Shown here: positions 1-12,700 of the stretch, in pieces | How the letters are laid out: each line of letters opens with the position of its first letter | Position numbering within the stretch: position 1 is the first letter of the stretch | Origin: Octopus bimaculoides | Taxonomy: Eukaryota | Direction: 5' to 3' | Length of the DNA: 64,000 nucleotides | NCBI RefSeq assembly: GCF_001194135.2 | Contig: NC_068981.1 | Span: 8,511,074-8,575,073, forward strand | The notes under the pieces: model-generated | The model's database searches: none | Told to the model about the DNA's origin: nothing | The model's input: the letters and a program-made list of their open reading frames with translations, nothing else | Program-made: the position numbers and the translations under genes

Positions 1-627
1 TTTTCATTACATGAACTTTATTACATTTTATTAAATATTTTGACAACTAAAACATTTTTTATTGGAGACCCTGAAAATTATGACTGTTGTTAATATTTAG
101 TTGAAGAATAATCCTTCTGAGTTCTAATTCCACTGAGGCTGATTTCCACTTTCATCCTGGGGGGGGGGGCAATAAAATAAGTACCAGTCACGTATTGGGG
201 ATTGATATAATTGACTTGCCCCTCTCTCAAAATTGCTGGCCTTGTGCAAAAATGTGAAACCAATATTTAGTTCAACTAATAAATTCCAGGGTAAATAGAA
301 ATGAAAATTTTAATTTGATGAAAAGATTCCAAATGAATCTTTCCATGCAATTTCATCAAAGAGGAACCCTTCTAGCCATGACCCCCACAAAAACTGTTAA
401 ATTACTTTTATTTGTTGATATTTTCATTCCACAAAAGTGACCCAATCCCTGACGTAATTCCATTACAACAGAGATGAAATGTCTGTGACTGTTTTCGTTT
501 ATTAAAATAATTCTCCTCTCAGACTGAAACTAACTTTGGTTGCCATGATACATGGTTTCACATCACAGAACACACTACACAAATCCATTCCCACAATAAT
601 CTTTTCATAAGACAAATTTTACTTTAA

Positions 628-866
628 TACAGTTCACGCAGTGACCCGGATAATAATAACAATAATAATAATAATAATGACAATAATGATGATAATAATA
701 ATAATAACAATAATAATAATAATAATAATAACAACAACATCGAAAAATACCTTAGGAATGAGAACCCCAAGACACCTGATGAAGGCTGGAGGGGATATCA
801 GCCGAAACGTTGTGTTAACAACAAACAAGATGAGGACAAATAACCGTCAAATGTAAATAATGTAAA
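628..866 (+). mobile_element. 5'-truncated copy of a tRNA-headed, (AAT)n, hammerhead-bearing short element (family H)
   Basis: Near-identical to 36367-36662 from gcagtgacc through the (AAT)n tract, catcgaaaaataccttagg and the tail, with a short internal deletion. Confidence 0.8.
771..816 (+). ncRNA. Putative minimal type I hammerhead ribozyme
   Basis: gacac-CUGAUGA-a-GGCUG(10-nt loop)CAGCC-GAAA-C-GU-U-gugu: complete core, 5-bp stem II, palindromic ACGU stem III, stem I acac/gugu; predicted cleavage after 811. Confidence 0.7.
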
Positions 867-2295
867 TTTTGCTTTATTTTAAAAGAAATGATAACAGATA
901 CAAAAATAGTATTTTGTAAGTTAGTTGTTTCTTATTGCTTGAAATTTTCTCTTTCCAAATAAAGGAAAATAAAATGAAAGTTAATATTCTTTGAAAAACA
1001 TTAAAATGGTTTCCTGTTCATTTAAATAAGAGATTAACTAGGGGAAATAACTCTGCTCAGCCCAACTAAATGTAATGCAGCTTCATCGCACAGATACACT
1101 CTATTTTATTATTACTGTCACTGAACACTGGGTCTTTGGATTAAGGTTGTGTCACATTTCTCTCTTCTGCAAATTCAGCTTTCACTGTAGAAAGAGAGAG
1201 ATCCAAGAAACCTCCTGACATCATCACTATCAGCAATATTATTGATATAGAATCTGTTGGCTGCTGATCGATGCCAGACATGGAACAACAACTGCACTGG
1301 TCTCCTTCATGAAGCATAACTTTTAAAAGTCCTAGCATCCAGATATTTTTGACCCATCCCCACCTACTCCATATATTCTACACTCCTTTTAGCTGTATGA
1401 ATCATTAAACTCTTGTCCAAACTTCCAACTTTGAAACATTTCCTATCACACTTTGTTAGATTCTGCTGCAATGTGAATAAAGTCAGGTTAAAAAAACAGA
1501 TAACGCATCAAAAACCTACAATTTGTGAAATCTTAGAACATCCCCATTGGTTTGGGTGCAGGCATACCCCTTAAAATTTTGGGTAGGGCAATGAAAATGC
1601 TTTGAATATCCACTTTGCCAAAACAAATGAGTGTAGAAACATGTTTGAACTGATCTGAAACATTACTTTTCCATTATCGGATGTATCTGGTTTGATTGAT
1701 GTTCAAATATAATAATTATGATAATAATAATAATGATAATCCTGTCTACTATAGGCAAAAGGTCTGAAATTTTTGGGGAGAGGGACAAGTCAATTACATT
1801 GACCCCCACAGTGTTTCACTGGTACTTAATTTATCGACCCCGAAAGAATGAAAGGCAAAGTTGACCTTGGTGGAATTTGAACTCAGAACATAGTGATGGG
1901 CAAAATACTGCTAAGCATTTTGTCCAGTGTGCTAATGATTCTGCCAGATATTAAAACTGAAAAAAATCAACCTTGTTTATAAAAAACTTTGAACCTTGGG
2001 TTGCACCTCACTAAGCAAAGTTTGTTCCTGTATTTATGTTTACCACTGCAAAATTTCTACAAACTGTTAGAATCAACAACAGGATTATGTGGAGGCTACC
2101 GTTCTACATCTCTCAAATCCTCGTCCATGTAAACCTTAAATACTTTGGCAGTTTACATTTGAAGCAGACTGCTAAAACAAAGTTTTATCTCATCTCTCGA
2201 TTCAAATAGTAACAGGATTAACAAATTAGATGACATTAACTTGATTTTAATTTAAATAAGCTAAACTAAAATAAAATGAAATCAATTCTAGATAC

Positions 2296-2388
2296 CTGTA
2301 ACAATTTCATGAGCTGTTTGAATACATCGTAGAGCTGGAGAGACATACAAATGAGACAAGTTCACTGAAGCATCTCGTAAACCTTCAC
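2296..2388 (-). CDS. UBASH3B: UBASH3 exon: phosphatase domain, (G)EGLRDASVNLSHLYVSPALRCIQTAHEIVT(G)
   Basis: tttccttctgttgtag|GT GAA...ACA G|gtatct; 93 nt, phase 1/1; the SPxLRCxQTA motif with the conserved Arg is intact. Confidence 0.95.
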
Positions 2389-3191
2389 CTACAACAGAAG
2401 GAAAAAAAAACAACAAAATTAAACAGAATGGAAAATACATAATTTACACTGATTTATCTTCCCTTTGTCAAAAAAAAAAAAAAAAGACTTATTTCATGTG
2501 AATTATTGTAAACAGTGAGATAAACTAAAAACCCAAACATCTTCAGTTTTCAAGTTGGAAACATTAAAGAGACATTATGTAACTTGAAACACAAACATTG
2601 AACATCATTGTGGCCTGGTCTGAGGCTAGGAACAGAATATATAGGAATAGAGAAGTGAAGAAGGAGTTTACAGGTATGAGGCCGTAATGTTAGCTAATTT
2701 CACAGAGATTAGTTATATTGTAGCAGAGATTACATGACATTTTAACACTGCAACTAATCTATTAGTTATGACCAACAACTTTCGTTAAACTGTTTCTTCT
2801 CAGCCTCTTTTTTGCTAGTCGTACTTTCCTAACATGACATTACTTTGATCAAGTCACGTCTATTGGTTTGATAAGAACAAGACTTCTGCTTCCACTTATC
2901 TGTTTGTATACATCTTGATACAGTTTCTTTATTCAAGTGACTTTGTAAAACACAAAATATATCTCTGTACAATATATCTCAAAAACACATTATACCTTGA
3001 TTGATTAATATAAATTAACACCTGTTATATTCTTTGCTGAATCTTGTTCTGTCTTAAATCTCTATTCACAAACCATGTGCTCTCTTCTTATTACAGCATT
3101 ATTCTACCAACAAGATTGGAAGAGGTCTTTTTTTTCTCTTTTGGTATGTAACAAACAAGATACTGAATTGACATTTAATTCATTCTAGTTG

Positions 3192-3254
<63 letters not shown>

Positions 3255-6200
3255 ACTCACACACACACACACACACACACAAAGAGAGATACATACATAA
3301 CTTCAACCTCGTGTTTAGAGTGTTTCTATTTACAAGATTTATATTTACATCAACATTAGCATCGAAAGGCAGAGCAAGTTGATGTTTCTAACAGATTTTG
3401 GTATTTTCACACTGATATCGTAGCTTAGAAGCTTTGGGTCTGTCTGATAATTGATTAAATATTTAAAATATCATTACAATTATTGACACTTTTTAGTGTA
3501 GATGACTTGAAAGCTTTCAAACTCTAATAACAGAGTGAGGGGAGTACTAGAAACTGGTAAAAACATCAAACCACCTCCCCTTATCTGGCTGCTATACACA
3601 CTAAGTATGAGGTACACACACAAAGTTGTCTAAAAATCCATGAGTTAGAAAAAACCGGCACTCATATATTGGTGGATATGGTATAAATAAAAGACAATAT
3701 TTTTATCTTTCATATCAACCAATTTGCCAATTGGTTTCATACCAGGATTTGAGATAAATCCAGCAATCATCAGAAAAAAGGCTGAAAGGAATAAGTCTGG
3801 CATGGGTTCTTCACTATTGGTGGTCAGAAAGTATCAAGTCAAAAACTTAAGCAGAAAACTTTATTTTTAGTTCATCAGAGTTATTCCCCTTCGGTTGGGA
3901 GCCAAAAAGACAACCCCAGTGTATGGGAGATGAATAATTGTAGGGCTAGTCTTTTCAGTCGTGTCTGGTGATTGCTGGGATATCTCAAATCCTGGTATAA
4001 AAACAAATAGGTAAAGTGGCTGATATGAGCATAGAATACAATATCATGTGATCACGTGACTGACCAGACTATTGGATGTTGTCATACATCACTGCTCACA
4101 GTGCCCTTTACATTGTTTTAGCTTTCGAATGATGGCATCAGACTGGCTGGTTGAGCAGGCCAACACTTCCCTGATTGGAAGGTTATTCTGTCACAGGGTG
4201 GTCATCCATTTACAGCTGAGTGGACTGGAGCAATGCGAAGAAACACATGCTGCTTGGTCTGGGAATTGAACCCACTATCTAATGATTATAACACCCTCAT
4301 AACTAGGCCATGTGCCTTCACATAATATGATATAATACAGTATAATATATATTGTGTGTTGTAAATATACACACTAAACGTAAAGTGCATAAATAACAAT
4401 TAATCTCTCACATTTAAAACCATTTTGAGCGCGGCCATTGCCAGTACCCCCTGACTGGCCTTTGTGCCGATGGCACGTAAAAGCACCCACTACACTCTCT
4501 GAGTGGTTGGCGTGAGGAAGGGCATCCAGCTGTAGAAACTCTGCCAAATCAGATTGGAGCCTGGTGTAGCCATCTGGTTTTCACCAGTCCTCAGTCAAAT
4601 CGTCCAACCCATACTAGCATGGAAAGCAGACGTTAAATGATGATGATGATGATTTAAAATATTTTTCTTGTTAAACTTTTTATGTAACATTTTCTTCCAC
4701 CATTTTGTTTTTTTCTCTCTAATCAAAATAGTCCCAACTCATTATTTTACACATTTGGAATGAAATAACCAAGATTTATTCCCTTCCAGATGAACAAGAG
4801 TCATTAAAGGATTACTAGAAAAAGGTAAAAACCAATCTGAAAATGTTCTTTTAGAAATTCAAAACTGAATCGAAATCAATGTCATTATTGGCTGCACATA
4901 CTCTGGGCTTTGTTTGTTTGATGATTCATTGCCGTATAAAAATCATACACAGGTGAGACAACTCACCTCTGATCTAATTCAGGAATGATGCATATCAATA
5001 TTTCACCAGTTTAGTGGCTTATCAACATCATGTACCTGAAACTGTGGACAAATCAAATCCTTGAATCTTATGCATGCATCACCATGGCACACCAGCAAAT
5101 AGTTCTTATTTGTAAATAGTCATAGACTGGTGATTCGGGATCGTCCCTGGTTCGATTCAGGTATGTGATGTTGATAAGCCATAAAAATAGCAAATTTCAA
5201 TCAGAAATGAGTCGTCTCACCTATCAATGATTTTCAGGTGTTTTAACACTCAGCATAATGAGGGAGCCGTCCCCTAAGTGTTATACAAACAGTGAACAAA
5301 CAAAACATATACATTGAGTGTGTGTAGTTGATAATGTTCTTTAGGAAATCTCTTTTTCCTGGTGGCAGGAAATGTGTCCCTCTGTGTTCTCTTAAAGAGT
5401 GGTGACGCTGTGATCATTAATGTTCTTTCTTATTGAACACTAGCAGAGAGAAAAACAAAAACAAAACATATGCACAGAGTGAATTCCAGTAAGTTGATGT
5501 CTAGAGGTTAATGTGAGGCCTGGGATATGAGTGTGTCTGTGTGGCAGGGATTGGCACAGTATAGATGATGAGAGGTGATGAGTTGGGAGTATGTGAATGA
5601 AAAGGGCACAAGATGAGGCAGTTACCAAGGAATAAAGGCTGTTGTTGAAACAATGAAAAAGCAGAAGAAGGGGACCCTTTGTCCGTGGATTAGAGTTTGT
5701 AATAGATTGGTGCTTTACATATATTAACCCTCTATTGACAACATTCTAACAATTAACAGATAAATTTTACAAAAATACACACGTTCTGCTTAATTTGTCT
5801 CCCTTCTTTCAGCTCGTCAATGAACCCACAAAAGAAGTTAGCCAAGTATAAAAGAGGAGATAATAAACAATATTCATTGAAAGGGGAGGTAATTAGATAC
5901 AAAATAGTTTAGTATCAATTATGATAAACGTCTCATTTAAAAGCTGTTTCATTTGGAGCAGATAAATTTTCCACAAGAAATATTAATTATAAAGAAGTTT
6001 AATGAAGATTTACTTAATGACAATTTGCAAGAGAAAGACTTCATAAAACATTGATGATGCAACAAAAAGAACAAATGTTATCCTCAATTCCTTTCTCAGG
6101 AGTTTCGTAGGTGGCTTCGGATTATTTTAAGCAATGCTCTTTGAAAGTCAAGCATCTCTCTTTCTCTCTCTCTCTCTCTCTCATACACACACACATTGAG

Positions 6201-6409
6201 TACTGAATACAAAACTCTGTGGAACTGGTAAATTTATGTGCTGAGATAGGCATAGAGGTGACTGTGTGGTAAGAAGTTTGCTTCCCAGCCATATAGTTCT
6301 GGGTTCAGTCCCACTGCATAGTACCTTGGGCAAATATCTTCTCTTATAGCCTCAGGCCAACCAAAGCTTTGTGAGTGGATTTGGTTGATGGAAACTGAAA
6401 GAAACCTGT

Positions 6410-6446
<37 letters not shown>

Positions 6447-8399
6447 CTGTGTTTATCCCCCACCCCACCACCACTTCACAACTGGTGTTGGTGTGTTTAT
6501 GTCCCTATAATATAGTGGTTTGGCAAAAGAGATGCTACAAGTACAAAGATTTTTAAAAAAATAAGTAGTGGCATTGATTCATTTGATTAAAAACCCTACA
6601 AGGTGGTGCTCCAGCATGGCCACAATCTGTTGATTGAAACAAGGAAAAGATAGATGTCTCAAGAAGTGTTCCAGCTGATTATAATAATAATAATAATAAT
6701 AATAAAGGCCACTTACTCAAATTAGTCTACTGCAGTATCTTCAACTTGCATACAATGATTACATAAAAAAAAATCTTTATAAGGTAAAAGACCCCCTCAA
6801 AAAATTAACAGTACCCCCCACCCAATCCTGTAAGATTGGTCTTACATGAAAAATCTCATCGAAACCCATCCCTTCTCAGTTCAAAAATAATATCAATGCG
6901 ATAGAATATTAAATATCTTTAATAAAATAATAAAAGAGCAGAGAAATTGTGTTTGATTGTAAAAGAAGGGGTTTTTTTTGTAGGTAAATCTGTGTCCTTA
7001 CCAGTAAGACGGGCTTGTAATTTGCCAACCTCTGTCAATGGGCAGTCTTTGATGAAGTCCAGGTAATTCTTTCTTTTCAACATGTTCTTCGGAAGGTTTA
7101 GGTTGATTCTACTGTATCTTCCTAAAAATATAAACAACAAAATAAAATATTCCACTTTTGTCAGGCAGCCTTAGTTTCTCAGCATAGCATATATTAGAAG
7201 AATCATAAACATAACACACATTGCATATTTTATATTGACATAACATTTTGGCACATATTTTACTATTGATGTAATATGTATGAATGTGAAGACGCAGGGC
7301 CCAGTGGTCTGTCATTAGATCAGGAGTTTTATTAGCAGACCGGGTGGCATGTTGCATTCTTGAGCAAAACACTTCATTTCACATTGCACCAGTCCACTCA
7401 GCTGTAAACGGATAACCCTGTGATGGATTAGTCTTCCATTCAGGGGGAATGTTGGCCTGTTTACCCAGCCAGCAGGGTAGCATCATTTGAAAGTTAAAAC
7501 AGTGCAAAGCGCATTGTGACCAGCGATGTATAACATCCAATAGTTAGGTTAATCATGTGATAACACATATTACAGCTGTTAGTGGATGATAATTTTCAGG
7601 ATAAAATCAAAAAACACAAACAGCAAAAAATGTTGTCATAGTGACAAAAAAAAAAAGAAAATCAGGCTTAACCCCCCCCCACCACCACCACCCTGCACCT
7701 AATTTATTTTAAAGTTGTGATGCTTTTGCAAACAGCAAACAGTTGAAATGTCCCAGTAAATGCTGTGAATTGTCTGAAATTGTTGCTATTGTGAGATTTT
7801 CAACAAAGGGTCCTTCTCTTGAAAAGATAGGCAGGTCTTTTTATTGAAATATCTCATGTCTGTCTGTATGTATGTATTTATAAAAGTAAGTTAANNNNNN
7901 NNNNNNNNNNNNNNNNNNNNNNNNNNNNNNNNNNNNNNNNNNNNNNNNNNNNNNNNNNNNNNNNNNNNNNNNNNNNNNNNNNNNNNNNNNNNNNNNNNNN
8001 NNNNNNNNNNNNNNNNNNNNNNNNNNNNNNNNNNNNNNNNNNNNNNNNNNNNNNNNNNNNNNNNNNNNNNNNNNNNNNNNNNNNNNNNNNNNNNNNNNNN
8101 NNNNNNNNNNNNNNNNGAGGGATGTTTTGGTTCTCTTCACTCTTTTTATTTTTTAACAGCTGAAGAAAGAAACATTCAGAAAGCTTTTTAAACAAACAAA
8201 TCCTAATTAGATAACCCACAATTATTGTTGGACGTTTGTCTAGATACAAAAATGGTTGCAAATGAAGCCTCAGCTTAGGTCAATGTAGTGCCTGGGGTGT
8301 ACCCTTATTAGACGGGGAGTCATGATGGGTATAAGTTTGTTAATTAAGGAAGCAATTCTCTGTGAGGCAACTGGAACAAAAAATAATAGTAATACATTC

Positions 8400-8438
<39 letters not shown>

Positions 8439-9691
8439 TAAAATTCATATACTCTGAGTTTGAAGTCATCACTGTGTTTTGGTGTATCTGGTTGTTTGTA
8501 TATACACAATATAGAAGAGGTAGTGGTGGTTAGTAATAAGCATGGAGGCAGAAGAGAGCAAATATAGTCTGAGGGAGGGAAGGAGATAGAGATAGAGAGA
8601 GAGAGAGAGAGAGAGTGAGAGTTGGTATTAAAATTTAAACCTTTCTTCCTAACCTTGTCATTTGTTAACCAATCTAAATCACCATCAACAACCTTCCTAA
8701 TTAACTTAATTGTCTATTGTCAGACAATTAAGCTCATTACTTAACTGTCCATGGTCAAAGGCATCCATCAGTGGGTTATCAACACTACTGACCCTTAAAT
8801 CAGATATCAGTATAATCACGATCCACTTTTAGTAGTACCTTAATGAAAAGCTGAACTCAATACTGAAAGTTAACAAAGCAAGCGGTGCCAGTTGTGTGAA
8901 AGGTGGACATAGCCACACAAGAATCTAACTTCTTTCTCAGGGATGCCACAATGTTGGCATCAAAATTGGAGCCATTGATTTTTTTTGGTGAGTGAGGCAC
9001 ACACACACACTATGATAACAGAAAGGAGAGGTGATAGTGTTCTGTGGAACAATTGACAAGTCATGTGACCACTCAGTGTTAGTCATGTGACCACTCAGTG
9101 TTAGTCATGTGACCTTTCACTTGAGTATCTCTTGTACAAAAATATCTTATCTATTTCTTTATTGCCCACTGGGGGCTAAACATAGAGGGGACAAACAAGG
9201 ACAGACAAAGGGATTAAGTCAAGCACATTGACCCCAGTGCATAACTGGTACTTATTTAAACGACCCTGAAAGGATGAAAGGCAAAGACGACCTCGGTGGA
9301 ATTTGAACTCAGAACGTAAAGACAGACGAAATACTGTTAAGCGTTTCGCCCGGCGTGCTAACGATTCTGCCGGCTTGCCGCCCTAAGATATCTTTGTTAG
9401 TCTCAGTCTGACTGGCTGCTAACAAGTTCCATTCCTACTCCACAGTCAAGTATTACTCAGTGATAAGGACAAATTGCTGTAACACAAACACAACAACAAC
9501 AGCAACAGAAAAGTATTGAGTTCTTACTAATATGAGAAACGGTAAAATAAATACATAGGCACAAGCATGGCTGAGTGGTAAGAAGCTTCCTTCGCAACCA
9601 CAATGTTCTGAGTTCAGTCCCACTGCATGGTGCCTTGGGTCTTCTACTTTAGCCTTGGGTTTGCTGGACAGAAACTGAGACAAGCCCATCA

Positions 9692-9784
<93 letters not shown>

Positions 9785-12700
9785 TTTTGTCCCTCACCAC
9801 CGCCGCTTGATGACTGGTGTTGATGTGTTTACATCCCCCATAACTTAGCAGTTCAGCATAAAGGACCGATAGACTAAGTATTAGGCTTACAAAGATATAA
9901 GTACAGGGGTCAATTCATTCAACTAAAAATTCAAGGCGGTGCCCCAGCATGGCCACAGTCTAAGACGAAAACAAATAAAAGATAAATGAGGAGGTTGTCA
10001 ACTTACTTTGTTGTAAATGTCATCTTGTTCTCCAACCCAGAGATTGTCATAGTCTCCTTCAGATAAACCATTGTACATATTAGTGGCAGGGACCACCATT
10101 AGTGACCTGTTGAAGACAGAGATAACATCAATTATTCAGTTATTGGTGGTGGGAACAGCAGAAGTGGGGCTCAGGCAGGATGTAACAATTGTCTACGGTT
10201 ACAGGCGAGAAAACAATTTCCTTTTGCTATCAGGATTACACACATGTGTTCATGATATAAATATGTCTCCTTCTTTCACTGTGTGTGTGTGTCAGAAGGT
10301 ATGAGAAGCGAATACATTTGTTTAACCACTTGGCATCCTTAGGATTACAGCTGTTTCGTAGCCTTGTTCATGTAATAATAATTTCAGTGTCTAATAAACT
10401 ATGTTTGCTGTGCATAGTGATGCCATACTACAGCGTATTCACAAATCAATGGAAACAAAGAAAGCTGACCCACCCATTCGATTAGGACAGTCCAACTCTG
10501 TGGTCTGTTAGCCAGGTCTATTAGACATGTTCCAGATGTGGCCATCTCATCTTTTTGTATTACTTCAGCTACATTATCCAATGTATTGTTCTGTTTTTTT
10601 TTAACACAGAAGGGTGTTGTGGGACATTGTCTTTTCTCACACAGAGTGATTAGCCACAAAGTGCTACCCCATCGGCCCTTTGTTTCCAACAGAGATAATA
10701 ACTACCCCCAAAATAATTAGTAACTTTTGTGAGTTAAGTGTGCATTCCATGGACTTCATTTCAGAGATGCTTCTACCTTCTAACTTGTCTTGCATACCAA
10801 TCATACCTGAAGGGTTGTCTATTCCACTTCATCTTTTGTGACACTATAAACTTACTTCCAATTCTTATCGACTCCCTTTCTGCACATTAACCAAGACAAT
10901 TTCCCATGTAGCACTGAAATTTAACATTTGTTTCTCTTATTAATTGGAACTCTGGGAGGTGGTGAGCTGGCAGAATCATATCGTTAACCCACTGGGAAAA
11001 ATGCTCAGCAGCATTTCGTCCATTTTTATGTTTTGAGTTCAAATTCCAACAAGGTCAATTTTGCCTTTCATCTTTTCAGGGGTCAATGAAATAAGTACCA
11101 GCAGTTGTGCACTGGAGTCAATGTAATTGACTTGACCCCTTCCACCAAATTTCAGGCCTGGTGCCTTTAAGTAGAAAGAATTAATTACAACTGTTGGTTT
11201 TTGGCCAATTCTAAATCATGCTTCCAGATTGTGAAACATTTCTGAAGCTTTTTAACAGATTCTGCAATGAGAACCGGGAGAGTTCATAATATGCCAACAA
11301 GTCAGTTTGTTGTGAAGAGTAGAATGTGTAAGGTGAGACAGTCAGGGGCCAACAGCATATTTATCTTTCTCTCCCCTAAATATTTTTATTTCTCAACTCC
11401 TTTACAAAATACATATTTATATTCTCTAAATTTTTCTCTGTATCACTCAACAGATTCTGACCAATTTCTTGAGATTATAGACATCATTTCATCACTAACA
11501 TCATCAAAGGTTGAACTTTTGTCCCATAAACCCCTTTCCAACTGGGATATCCATGTATCTACTCTACAGCAAGATATTTATACCTGTCTCCTCTATACCT
11601 GGCACAAAATCACAAACCCTCAATACTACTCCCCACTTCCAGTTGAGGGGTTTTTGTCTTACAAGTTACTTAGTGACCCTGTCATAAAAAGCGCCTGTGC
11701 TGGTGCTGCATAAAAAACACCCGATACATTATGTAAAGTGGTTGGCATTAGGAAGGGCATCCAACCATAGAAACCCCGCCAAAACAGACAGTAGAGCTTG
11801 GTGCAGCCTTCTGGCTGGCCAGCTTCTGTCAAACCATCTAACCCATGCCAGCAAGGAAAGCAGATGTTAAATGATGAGGATGAAGCAGATAAGTTCTTGT
11901 AAACATCAACTTGTACACTAAATTACTCACTGATCAAATTGATAACCCAAACCTTGATTTTAAAAGAAAAGTCTTCAAACATCTCAGGTGATTCAGCAAA
12001 AAGTGGATGTTGGATAAATACCACACGGGATAGGACGACAGTCTATTACAGATTAATATTCTCAGAGTTACCACTGAGGCAATGAGGTGGTAGTTATTGT
12101 CATGTGATCAGGTGGTAGCTGAATCTGTCAAAAGTCAGAAAGACTCAGATGATGTAGGAAAAGGTATGCTGCCAAAAGTACCATGAACCATAGTTGAACC
12201 ACGAAAGGAGCCTCAGTGTTATTGCTTAATCCACCAGAAATAGTAACCAAATCTACTTCAAATTAGATTGTAACATCTTAAAGAAAAAGAGAAAGACACA
12301 TTGGACAATGTCTAGATATAAAAACTGGCTATGGTTGGATCCCCCCTTGACCACAGTTCTGGTTAGACCAGGGTTGGCTAAGGTGTGGGGTTTAAAATAA
12401 CAAAAAACTTAATGCATGCAGGAGATTTGAACTTGCAATCATTGAGTAGACAGTCTAATAGCTTACCACTGAAGCATCTTGCCTCTAAATTATCTCACAT
12501 CATCATCATCATTGACCAAACTATATAAAATGTACCTCTTTGAAGATGTTCTTCGAATTATCAAAGTTGTTTGTTGTGAATTAAAAACTTTTGATGCAGT
12601 TCTTTTGTGAGAAATGCTTCCGTAGAGGTGCAGGGATGGCTGTGTGGTAAGAAGCTTGCTTCCCAACCACATGGTTCTGGATTCAGTCCCACTGTATGGC

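Noticed and set aside
634-856. Poly-Ile ORFs 634..828 and 641..856, and the similar ones at 51364-51769
   Set aside because: Translations of (AAT)n tracts.
1141-1338. ORF as the next phosphatase exon (expected EPGLFEW region)
   Set aside because: No STS motif in any minus frame and no fitting phase-1 acceptor; the remaining exons probably lie left of the window.
8270-8509. ORF with PRHYID as the catalytic exon
   Set aside because: Not RHG, no FG/W/FD context, and it ends in a stop without a phase-1 donor.
8941-8988. Plus-strand ag...gtgagt exon-like segment
   Set aside because: Isolated, no recognisable product, no partner exons.
10399-10720. Overlapping ORFs near the linker exon
   Set aside because: No homology or convincing splice sites; the flanking exons already join in phase.
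12534-12620. Possible alternative phase-2 exon ending AAG AG|gtacat
   Set aside because: The donor phase fits, but candidate acceptors are weak and abut a SINE; needs RNA-seq.
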